Below the pieces are notes generated by a model. It was not told where the DNA came from. It did not search any database and saw only the letters and a program-made list of their open reading frames with translations. The position numbers were made by a program, and so were the translations under genes. DNA of 62,271 nucleotides, filler included, from Thermodesulfobacteriota bacterium (lineage in GTDB: Bacteria; DASVDK01), in the NCBI GenBank assembly GCA_036381125.1. It is 5 parts of 5 records of this genome, joined end to end, with 100 filler letters (N's around TTAATTAATTAA, not from the genome) between each part and the next. Parts side by side here need not be neighbours in the genome. Positions count along the whole stretch, not along the records: positions 24,182 to 39,959 come from DASVDK010000008.1; 4 more parts are not named here. The stretch is one strand, 5' to 3'. Positions 28,027 to 36,177 of the stretch are shown here, in pieces. Every line of letters starts with the position of its first letter. Position 1 is the first letter of the stretch.

Positions 28027-28058
28027 TGCGACACGTCGCAGCGTTGCGACATGTCGCG
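28027..28058. promoter_or_regulatory. Two tandem 14-nt palindromes
   Basis: tgcgacacgtcgca-gcgt-tgcgacatgtcgcg. Confidence 0.45.
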
Positions 28059-28089
28059 GCGCGCCATTCGACCCCTACCATGATCGAGG

Positions 28090-28380
28090 TTGAGCAGGAC
28101 GATCGAGGTTGAGGAGGCGGTGGCGCGGCACCCGGCCGTGCTCGAGTGCCCCGTCGTGGCCGTCCCCGACGAGGAGTGGGGTGAGCGGCCGCCCGGGTAC
28201 ATCGTCGAGACGGCCGGCCGGATCTTCTACAAGGGCGAGGCGATCCTCGTGACGCTCATCCTGGCCCAGCTCCGCCCCTGGGTGACGATCATCCAGGGGG
28301 CGATCGTCGTGGTCTGCGTGCTCGCCTTCCGCAGCGGCATCGTCGGCGAGCTCCTCGAGCTGCGGGCCCGCGCGCGCCGA
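28090..28380 (+). pseudogene. Chimeric remnant: acyl-CoA synthetase C-terminal fragment joined to LivM-type permease C-terminus
   Basis: IEVEEAVARHPAVLECPVVAVPDEEWGERP followed in frame by WVTIIQGAIVVVCVLAFRSGIVGEL. Confidence 0.65.
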
Positions 28381-28403
28381 CGGCCCCCTGCCGCGGGCGC
28401 CGC

Positions 28404-28898
28404 CTACTCGTCCTTGCGCGTCTCCCGGGCATGGAGGCAGAACTCCCCGGCGATCGGCTGCACGAGCCGCTCGAAGTCGGGGTACCCCATCCGCACGACC
28501 TCGTGGTGGTTGCCGGCCCGGAAGAAGACGTCGGCGCTCCTCGGCAGGCAGGCGTCGACGTAGACCGGCAGGTTGTAGAGGTTGCCGAAGGGCGGCATCG
28601 CGCCGGTCTCGCAGTCCGGGAAGAGTTCCGCGATCTCCCCCTCGGAGGCGAGCGAGAGCTTGCGCGTGCCCCGCTCCCGCCCGAGCGCCGCGAGGTCGAT
28701 CCGGCAGGGGGCCGGCAGCACCACCATGAGGTACCGCGCGCCGTCCTCCCGGACCACGAGCGCCTTGGCCAGCTCCCGGCCGGGAACGTGGCTCGCCTGC
28801 GCCACCTCCTGAGCGGTGAACGCCTCCCGGTGGGGCAGGAGCTGGTAGTTGACGCGCTGCTCGTCCAGGAATCGCCTCAGTCGTTCGGTGAGCGCCAT
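28404..28898 (-). CDS. YbaK/EbsC family aminoacyl-tRNA deacylase-like protein
   Basis: HREAFTAQEVA, LAKALVV, LASEGEIAELFPDCETGAMPPFG, AGNH; GGAGG SD. Confidence 0.9.
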   Translation of the reverse strand: MALTERLRRFLDEQRVNYQLLPHREAFTAQEVAQASHVPGRELAKALVVREDGARYLMVVLPAPCRIDLAALGRERGTRKLSLASEGEIAELFPDCETGAMPPFGNLYNLPVYVDACLPRSADVFFRAGNHHEVVRMGYPDFERLVQPIAGEFCLHARETRKDE

Positions 28899-29572
28899 GG
28901 CGATCCTCCCTCTGTCTTCCGCGACGAAGGACCGTCTGCGCAGGCTCCGTACCCGCAAACGGCCAGTCCTGGCCGCCCCGGACGCGGTTCCCACACGACT
29001 CCGGCGATCGGCACGGCGGGGTGGTCGATCCGTTCGCCCGCGCGGCGACGTTCAGGCGGCGACCGGCGCGACGTCGGCGGCTACCGGGGCTTCTTCCTCA
29101 CCCCGGTGCAGGAGGAGGACGGCAACTTCATCGTGGACGCGGGGCAGACACGGCTCGGCATAGGCGCCTCGGGACCCGGCAGCTTCGAGGGCGGCAGGCT
29201 CTCCGGTCTCCTCTCCGCCGACGTCCCGAAGCGCGGCGAGAGCGGGACCGCGCGGGACTCCACCCGGATGGACTACGACCCGGTTCGGCACGAGTCGGGG
29301 CCGGCGCCGTTCGGCAGGCTTCGGATCCGGGTCGGCCGAACGACGGCGTCTTCGGCACCGGCGTCACGAACGATCGAGCCGGTGGCATCCTCTGGCAGTC
29401 GCGGACCTCGGACCGGGCGTCGTGGCCGCCAGCGGCGTCGCCGGACGGGAGCGGTTCGGGGCCGCGGTGATTCCTCTCCGAGAGGGCGAGCGCCTGTGCC
29501 ATTGGCGGCCACCGGCCGGCCGATCACCCCCGCTGCGCCGGCGCCGCCGGCGCGCGGGGCCAGGTCCCCTCC

Positions 29573-30022
29573 TTACGCGGCCGGCGCCAGCGCCGACGTG
29601 CAGAAGGGACAGCGCCGTGCCTTGACGGCCACGCTCGAGAGGCACTCGGGGCAGGCGCGCGTCGTGGGCGTTGCGGCGGCCGGGGCCGGGCTCTCGCGCT
29701 TCAACCGGTTGATCTGCTTCACCACCAGGAAGAGCGCGAAGGCGACGATCAGGAAGCTGATGACGGCATTGACGAAGAGGCCCAGGTTGAGCGTCGGCGC
29801 GCCCGCCACCCTCGCGGCTTCCAGCGTCGGGTAGCTCTCGCCGTTCAGGGCGATGAAGAGGTTCGTGAAGTCGATCCCGCCTACCAGAAGCCCGAGCACC
29901 GGGTTGATCAGGTCGTCGACCAGTGAGGTCACGACCCTGCCGAAGGCGGCCCCGATGACCACGCCGATCGCGAGGTCGATCGCGTTGCCTTTGATCGCGA
30001 ACTCGCGGAACTCCTTGAGCAT
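29573..30022 (-). CDS. mscL: Large-conductance mechanosensitive channel with C-terminal Zn ribbon
   Basis: [28 protein letters not shown]...[15 protein letters not shown]...CPFCT. Confidence 0.95.
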   Translation of the reverse strand: MLKEFREFAIKGNAIDLAIGVVIGAAFGRVVTSLVDDLINPVLGLLVGGIDFTNLFIALNGESYPTLEAARVAGAPTLNLGLFVNAVISFLIVAFALFLVVKQINRLKRESPAPAAATPTTRACPECLSSVAVKARRCPFCTSALAPAA

Positions 30023-30276
30023 CGGCTTCTCCTTCCCCCTCGGATCTCGCTACGCTCACCGCGTCCGCGTCCGGGGCCCGCCGTCCGACGGGTGAGGGCC
30101 GGACGCCGGTCGGACGCCGGCCGAGGCGGCGGCGACTCTGGTGCGGTAGGCGTAGTCGGAGCAGGAACCGGATGGGAGACCGGCGACATGGCGCGGAGCG
30201 GCCTGGACGGCATCGCGACCTCCGAAGGCATTCTAGCCCCGCGCGGGACCGGGCGGATCCGAAAGACCGACGGCCG

Positions 30277-31752
30277 ATGCCCGTGAAGCGCGGCTGGGTC
30301 CTCGCCGCCACCATCCTCGGCTCGACCCTCGGCTTCCTCGAGAGCTCCATCACCAACATCGCCCTCCCCGCCATGCAGCAGGCGTTCGGCGCCGACGCGG
30401 CCGAGATGCAGTGGGTCGTGAACGCCTACATGCTCGCCTTCGGCGCGCTCATCCTCGTGGGCGGCGCGGCGGGCGACCGCTTCGGGCGTCGGCGCGTCTT
30501 CGGCCTCGGGGTCGTCGTCTTCACCGCCGCCTCCGTGGCCTGCGGGCTCGCACCGGGCGTCGCCCTGCTCCTCGCCGCACGCGCCGTGCAGGGCCTCGGA
30601 GCGGCGCTCCTCGTCCCGAGCAGCCTCGCCATCCTCACGGCCGCCTTCCCGCCGGAGCGCCGTGGGCGGGCCATCGGCACCTGGTCGGGCGCCTCGGCCA
30701 TCGTGACCGCGGGCGGGCCGATCCTCGGGGGTCTCCTCGTCGACGTCGTGTCGTGGCGGGCCGTCTTCTTCGTCATCGTGCCGGTGGCGCTGGCGACGCT
30801 GGCCGTGGCCGAGCGGCACGTGCCGGAGAGCCGCGCCGCGGGCGTCGCGGGGCCGCTCGACCTCCCGGGGGCCGCGCTGGCCATCGCCGGCTTCGGGGCG
30901 GTGACCTTCGGTCTCATCGAGCGGTCGCCCCTGGTATTCGCGGTCGGCCTCCTCCTCCTCGGCGCCTTCCTGGCGGTCGAGGCGCGGGCAAGGGCGCCGA
31001 TGATGCCGCTCTGGCTCTTCCGGTCGCGCGTCTTCGCGGGCGCGAACCTCCTGACCTTCCTCCTCTACGGGGCCCTCGGCGCGGCGGTGTTCTTCCTCCC
31101 CTTCGACCTCGTCCAGGTGCAGGGGTACTCCGCCACCGCCACCGGCGCGGCCTTCCTGCCCTTCGCCCTGATCGTCGGTGTCCTCTCGCGATGGTCCGGG
31201 GGCCTGCGCGACCGCTACGGGGCCCGTGGGCCGCTCGTCGCGGGGCCGGCCGTCTCGGCCGTCGGCTTCGCCGGCCTCGCCTGGCCCGGGATCGGCGGCT
31301 CGTACTGGACGACGTTCTTCCTCCCCATGGTCGTCCTCGGCCTCGGCATGGCCGTGACCGTGGCGCCCCTCACCGCCGCCGTCATGGGCGCCCAGGACGA
31401 GGCGCACGCCGGCGTCGCCTCGGGCGTCAACAACGCCGTCGCCCGGCTGGCGTCCCTCATCGTCGTGGCGCTCGCCGGCCTGCTCGCCCTCGCCGTCTTC
31501 GTGCCCGCCCTCGAGTCGCGCGTGGCGTCGCTCGGCGTTCCGCCCGACGTGGCGCGGGCCCTGCTGGCCGAGGCGCCCCGCCTGGCCGACGCCGGGCCGC
31601 CCGACGGCGTGACGGGCGCCCTTCGGGCCGCCCTCGAGCGGGCGGTCGACGAGGCCTTCGTGGAGGCGTTCCGGTCGGTCGCGGGCCTCTGCGCCGCGAT
31701 GTCGGCCGGCAGCGCGCTCGTCGCGGCGCGCCTGGTCGACGCGCGGCGATAG
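30277..31752 (+). CDS. MFS transporter, DHA2/EmrB-QacA-like
   Basis: NIALPAMQ, WVVNAYML, GDRFGRRR, ARAVQGLG, GPILGG. Confidence 0.92.
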   Translation: MPVKRGWVLAATILGSTLGFLESSITNIALPAMQQAFGADAAEMQWVVNAYMLAFGALILVGGAAGDRFGRRRVFGLGVVVFTAASVACGLAPGVALLLAARAVQGLGAALLVPSSLAILTAAFPPERRGRAIGTWSGASAIVTAGGPILGGLLVDVVSWRAVFFVIVPVALATLAVAERHVPESRAAGVAGPLDLPGAALAIAGFGAVTFGLIERSPLVFAVGLLLLGAFLAVEARARAPMMPLWLFRSRVFAGANLLTFLLYGALGAAVFFLPFDLVQVQGYSATATGAAFLPFALIVGVLSRWSGGLRDRYGARGPLVAGPAVSAVGFAGLAWPGIGGSYWTTFFLPMVVLGLGMAVTVAPLTAAVMGAQDEAHAGVASGVNNAVARLASLIVVALAGLLALAVFVPALESRVASLGVPPDVARALLAEAPRLADAGPPDGVTGALRAALERAVDEAFVEAFRSVAGLCAAMSAGSALVAARLVDARR

Positions 31753-31771
31753 CGCCGACCGGAACGGCGGC

Positions 31772-31812
31772 TCATTTGTTTCAGATTCCGTGGACCTGAT
31801 ATAGTTGTTGCA
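31772..31812. promoter_or_regulatory. AT-rich candidate RpiR-family operator
   Basis: catttgtttca and tgatatagttgttgca upstream of the RpiR gene, in otherwise GC-rich DNA. Confidence 0.4.
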
Positions 31813-31873
31813 GGCCTGCCCCGGCCGGTGTACCGTGCCGGACATGGGAGGCCAGGCATCGGAGCCGTCGCCC

Positions 31874-32791
31874 ATGGAGTTCGCCGAGCTCAGCCGATCG
31901 ATCGCGCAGCGGTTCCCCGCGCTCAGCCGGGAGCTGCAGCGGTCGGCGCGCTACCTGGTGGACCACCCGGACGACGTCGCCCTCCTGTCCATGCGTCGCG
32001 TCGCCGCGAGCGCCGGCGTCCAGCCCGCCACCCTGCTCAGGCTCGCCCGCCGCCTCGACTTCGACGGGTACCCCGCGCTCCGGCAGGTGTTCGTCGAGCG
32101 GCTCAGGCGCCGCACGACGAGCTACTCGCGCCGCGCGCTCGAGCTGCAGGGTCGCGGCTCGGGGGACAGGGCCGAGACGGCCGTGCGCGAGACCATCGCG
32201 GGGCACCTGCGCAACCTCCAGGCGAGCCTCGACCGCAACGGCGTCGACCGGTTCCTGGCCTGCGCGGCGGCGCTCGAGGGGGCGCGCACCCTCTACGTCC
32301 TCGGCCTTCGGAGCTGCTTCCCGCTCGCCTTCTTCTTCCACTACGTCCATCGGCTGTTCCGTGACAACGGCGTGCTCCTCGACGGACGGGGCGGCACGTT
32401 CCCCGACGACCTGCGCGGCATCGGGACCCGGGACGTCCTCCTCGCCATCAGCCTCGCGCCGTACACGCGCGACACCGTGAGGGCGGTCGAGTTCGCGGTG
32501 GGGCGGGGCGCGACCATCGTGGCGCTCACCGACAGCCCGGTCTCCCCGCTCGCACGACTGGCGCGGCATACGCTGCTCTTCACCACGGACACGCCGTCGT
32601 TCTTCCACTCGGTGACCGCCGCCATGTCGATCGTCGAGGCGCTGCTCGCGCTCCTCGTCGCCAGGGGGGGCGACAGGGCCGTCGCCGCCATCTCCGCGAG
32701 CGAGGCGCAGCTCGCCTCGTTCGCGGCCTACTGGCGCGAGCGCGCGCCGAAGCGCCCGGCGAGGCGGACGCGGCGTCGACGGACCGGTTAG
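31874..32791 (+). CDS. MurR/RpiR family transcriptional regulator
   Basis: HTH (SMRRVAASAGVQPATLLRLARRLDFDGY) plus SIS domain (VALTDSPVSPLA); alternative start 31844. Confidence 0.92.
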   Translation: MEFAELSRSIAQRFPALSRELQRSARYLVDHPDDVALLSMRRVAASAGVQPATLLRLARRLDFDGYPALRQVFVERLRRRTTSYSRRALELQGRGSGDRAETAVRETIAGHLRNLQASLDRNGVDRFLACAAALEGARTLYVLGLRSCFPLAFFFHYVHRLFRDNGVLLDGRGGTFPDDLRGIGTRDVLLAISLAPYTRDTVRAVEFAVGRGATIVALTDSPVSPLARLARHTLLFTTDTPSFFHSVTAAMSIVEALLALLVARGGDRAVAAISASEAQLASFAAYWRERAPKRPARRTRRRRTG

Positions 32792-32822
32792 CCACGAACG
32801 CAGAGGGTACGGGAGCCACAGC

Positions 32823-34157
32823 ATGAGCCACGTCCTCCACCGCCACACCCGCCTCGACCCGCCGGTCGCCGTCGGCGGCGAAGGGGTCTTCCTCTTCGAC
32901 GCGACCGGCAAGCGCTACCTCGACGCCTCCGGCGGCGCGGCGGTCTCGTGCCTGGGTCACGGCCACCCGGCCGTGATCGCCGCGATCCGGGCGCAGGCCG
33001 AGCGGCTCGCCTACGCGCACACGAGCTTCTTCACGACCGAGCCGGCCGAGGCGCTGGCCGACCGCCTCGCGGCCGGCGCCCCGCCGGGGCTCTCGCACGT
33101 CTACTACGTCTCGGGCGGCTCCGAGGGGGTGGAGGCGGCGCTCAAGATGGCCCGCCAGTACTTCGTCGAGATCGGCGAGCCGGAGCGCCGCCACGTCATC
33201 GCCCGCTGGCAGAGCTACCACGGCAACACGCTCGGCGCGCTGGCGGTCGGCGGCAACCGGTGGCGGCGCGAGCCGTTCGCGCCGCTCCTGATCGACGCGC
33301 CGCACATCGCCCCCTGCTTCGCCTATCGCTTCAAGCGGGAGGACGAGACGGAGGAGGCCTACGGCCGTCGCGCCGCCGACGAGCTGGAGGCCGAGATCCT
33401 CCGCCTGGGGCCCGGGACGGTCGCCGCCTTCATCGCCGAGACCGTCGTCGGCGCCACCGCCGGCGCGGTGCCGCCGGCACCCGGCTACTTCCGGCGAATC
33501 CGCGAGATCTGCGACCGCTACGGGGTCCTGCTGATCCTCGACGAGGTCATGTGCGGCATGGGCCGGACCGGCACGCTGCACGCCTGCGAGCAGGAGGGGA
33601 TCTCCCCCGACCTGCTCGTCGTGGCCAAGGGGCTCGGCGGGGGCTACCAGCCGATCGGCGCCGTCCTCCTCGCCCGGAAGATCTACGAGGCGTTCGAGCG
33701 CGGCTCCGGGTTCTTCCAGCACGGCCACACCTACATCGGCCACCCCATCGCCTGCGCCGCCGCCCTCGCGGTGCAGGAGACGATCGAGGCGGAGGGGCTC
33801 CTGGGCCGCGTCCGGACGATGGGGCGCCGGCTGCGGGAACGGCTCGAGGCCCGCTTCGGCGGCCATCCCCACGTGGGGGACATCCGGGGGCGCGGCCTCT
33901 TCCAGGCGATCGAGCTGGTCCGGGACCGGGCCACGAAGGCGCCGTTCGACCCCGGCCTTGCCGTGCACAACCGGATCAAGCGCGAGGCGATGGCGCGCGG
34001 GCTCCTCGTCTACCCCATGGGCGGGACGATCGACGGCCGGTCGGGCGACCACGTCCTCCTCGCGCCGCCCTTCGTCGTCGAGGAGGCGCACCTCGAGACG
34101 ATCGTCGAGCGGCTCGGCGACGCGGTCGACGCCGCGCTCGCGGCGGCCCGGACATGA
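32823..34157 (+). CDS. Class III PLP aminotransferase
   Basis: [46 protein letters not shown]. Confidence 0.94.
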   Translation: MSHVLHRHTRLDPPVAVGGEGVFLFDATGKRYLDASGGAAVSCLGHGHPAVIAAIRAQAERLAYAHTSFFTTEPAEALADRLAAGAPPGLSHVYYVSGGSEGVEAALKMARQYFVEIGEPERRHVIARWQSYHGNTLGALAVGGNRWRREPFAPLLIDAPHIAPCFAYRFKREDETEEAYGRRAADELEAEILRLGPGTVAAFIAETVVGATAGAVPPAPGYFRRIREICDRYGVLLILDEVMCGMGRTGTLHACEQEGISPDLLVVAKGLGGGYQPIGAVLLARKIYEAFERGSGFFQHGHTYIGHPIACAAALAVQETIEAEGLLGRVRTMGRRLRERLEARFGGHPHVGDIRGRGLFQAIELVRDRATKAPFDPGLAVHNRIKREAMARGLLVYPMGGTIDGRSGDHVLLAPPFVVEEAHLETIVERLGDAVDAALAAART

Positions 34158-34993
34158 CGCCGGTCATCGTGGCCGTGGCGCCCAACGGCGCCTCGAAGAC
34201 CAGGGCCGACCACCCGGCCCTGCCGATCACGGCGGAGGAGATCGCAACGTGCGCCCGCGCCTGCCGCGACGCCGGCGCCGCGATGATCCACCTCCACGTG
34301 CGCGACCGCGAGGGACGCCACACGCTCGACGTCGACGCCTACCGCGAGGCGACGGCGGCGATCCGCTGCGCCGTCGGGGACGGGCTGGTCATCCAGGCGA
34401 CCACCGAGGCGGCCGGGGTCTACGGGCCCGAGGCGCAGATGGCCCTCGTCCGGGCCCTCCGGCCGGAGGCGGTGTCGCTCGCGATCCGGGAGATCCTGCC
34501 GCCGGGGCGGGACGAGCGGGAAGCGGCCGCGTTCCTGGCATGGCTGGCGGCCGAGCGGATCGTGCCGCAGTACATCCTCTACTCGACCGAGGACCTCACG
34601 CGCTTCCGGGAGCTGCGCAGGCGGGGCCTGATCCCCGGCTCGCGGCCGTTCGCGCTCTTCGTCCTCGGCCGCTACACTGTCGGGCAAGAGTCCGATCCGC
34701 GTACCCTTCTGCCCTTCCTCGCCTCCCTGGACGAGGCGGAGGAGATGGTCTGGGCGGTCTGCGCCTTCGGCCGCCGGGAAGCCGCCTGCGTGCTGGCGGC
34801 GGCGGCCCTGGGGGGACACGCCCGGGTCGGTTTCGAGAACAACCTGCTGCTCGCCGACGGACGGCGGGCGCCCGACAACGCCGCCGTCGTGGCGCAGCTG
34901 GTCGATGGCCTTCGCGTCATCGGGCGCCCGCTGGCGGACGCCGCGGGCGCTCGCGCGCTGCTCGGCGGATCGGGGGGCGCGTCCACCCCGTGA
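34154..34993 (+). CDS. 3-keto-5-aminohexanoate cleavage enzyme family (Kce/BKACE, DUF849)
   Basis: [40 protein letters not shown] coupling. Confidence 0.92.
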   Translation: MTPVIVAVAPNGASKTRADHPALPITAEEIATCARACRDAGAAMIHLHVRDREGRHTLDVDAYREATAAIRCAVGDGLVIQATTEAAGVYGPEAQMALVRALRPEAVSLAIREILPPGRDEREAAAFLAWLAAERIVPQYILYSTEDLTRFRELRRRGLIPGSRPFALFVLGRYTVGQESDPRTLLPFLASLDEAEEMVWAVCAFGRREAACVLAAAALGGHARVGFENNLLLADGRRAPDNAAVVAQLVDGLRVIGRPLADAAGARALLGGSGGASTP

Positions 34994-35004
34994 GAGGAGG
35001 GAGC

Positions 35005-35985
35005 ATGACCGCAAGACCTGTAGCCACGATTCTCGCCACGGCATTCGCCGTCGCCACGGTCGCCGCCGGCGCCCCCGAGGCCTCGGCGCAGCAGCGGTTC
35101 GTCACGATCGGGACGGGCGGCGTCACCGGCGTCTACTACGCGGCCGGCGGCGCGATCTGCCGCCTCGTCAACAAGGACCGCCGCGAGCACGGCATCCGCT
35201 GCTCGGTCGAGTCGACCGGCGGCTCCGTGTTCAACGTCAACACCATCCAGACCGGCGAGCTGGACCTCGGCATGGCCCAGTCCGACGTGCAGTTCCAGGC
35301 GTACAACGGCACCGCCGGGTTCCAGGGGAAGCCGTTCAAGGAGCTTCGGGCCGTCTTCTCTCTCCACCCCGAGCCGGTCACGATCGTCGCCCGCCGCGAC
35401 TCCGGGATCAAGACGCTGGCCGACCTCAAGGGCAAGCGCTTCAACGTCGGCAACCCCGGCTCCGGCACCCGGGCGCTCTCGGAGCAGCTCATCGCCGCCC
35501 TCGGCTGGAAGATGAGCGACTTCGCCCTCGCGTCGGAGCTCAAGGCCGACGAGCACGGCCAGGCGCTCTGCGACAACAAGATCGACGCGTTCCTCTACGC
35601 CGTCGGCCACCCGGCCGGCAACATCCAGGACGCGACGACGTCGTGCGACAGCGTCCTCGTCCCCGCGACCGGGCCGGTCGTCGACGGCCTGCTCAAGCAG
35701 CACCCGTACTTCGCCAAGGCCACCATCCCGGGCGGCATGTACCGGGGCAACCCGAACCCGACCGAGACCTACGGCGTGCTCGCCACGTTCGTCACGTCGA
35801 CCCGGACGCCCGACGAGGTCGTCTACCGGATCGTCAAGGCGGTCTTCGACAACTTCAACGAGTTCAAGAGCCTCCACCCGGCCTTCGCGAACCTCGAGCC
35901 GGCGCGGATGATCACCGACGGCGTCTCGGCGCCGCTGCACGACGGCGCGCTCCGCTACTACAAGGAAAAGGGCTGGGTCAAGTAA
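35005..35985 (+). CDS. TAXI family TRAP transporter solute-binding subunit
   Basis: [42 protein letters not shown]; signal peptide. Confidence 0.94.
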   Translation: MTARPVATILATAFAVATVAAGAPEASAQQRFVTIGTGGVTGVYYAAGGAICRLVNKDRREHGIRCSVESTGGSVFNVNTIQTGELDLGMAQSDVQFQAYNGTAGFQGKPFKELRAVFSLHPEPVTIVARRDSGIKTLADLKGKRFNVGNPGSGTRALSEQLIAALGWKMSDFALASELKADEHGQALCDNKIDAFLYAVGHPAGNIQDATTSCDSVLVPATGPVVDGLLKQHPYFAKATIPGGMYRGNPNPTETYGVLATFVTSTRTPDEVVYRIVKAVFDNFNEFKSLHPAFANLEPARMITDGVSAPLHDGALRYYKEKGWVK

Positions 35986-36003
35986 GACGTCGGCCGATCG
36001 CGT

Positions 36004-36164
36004 CCGGGGCCGGTCGCGCGATCGGCCCCGGCGGCGTCCCGTCGACGGCGGCGCCGCAAGGCGCCGCTCGGGCGAGGCGCCACCGGCTCTTGCGGCGCGA
36101 AGCGCCGCGGTGAGCGGAGCGCGGGCTTGCCCAGCGCGGAGCGAAAGCTGGCGCCGAGCCGGTG
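36004..36164. repeat. Highly structured intergenic element (REP-like hairpin cluster)
   Basis: Stems ccggggccg/cggccccgg, gcggcgcc-GCAA-ggcgccgc, gcggcgc-gaa-gcgccgc, agc-GAAA-gct; outer pair caccggctc/gagccggtg. Confidence 0.55.
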
Positions 36165-36177
36165 AAGGAGGCTCGTC

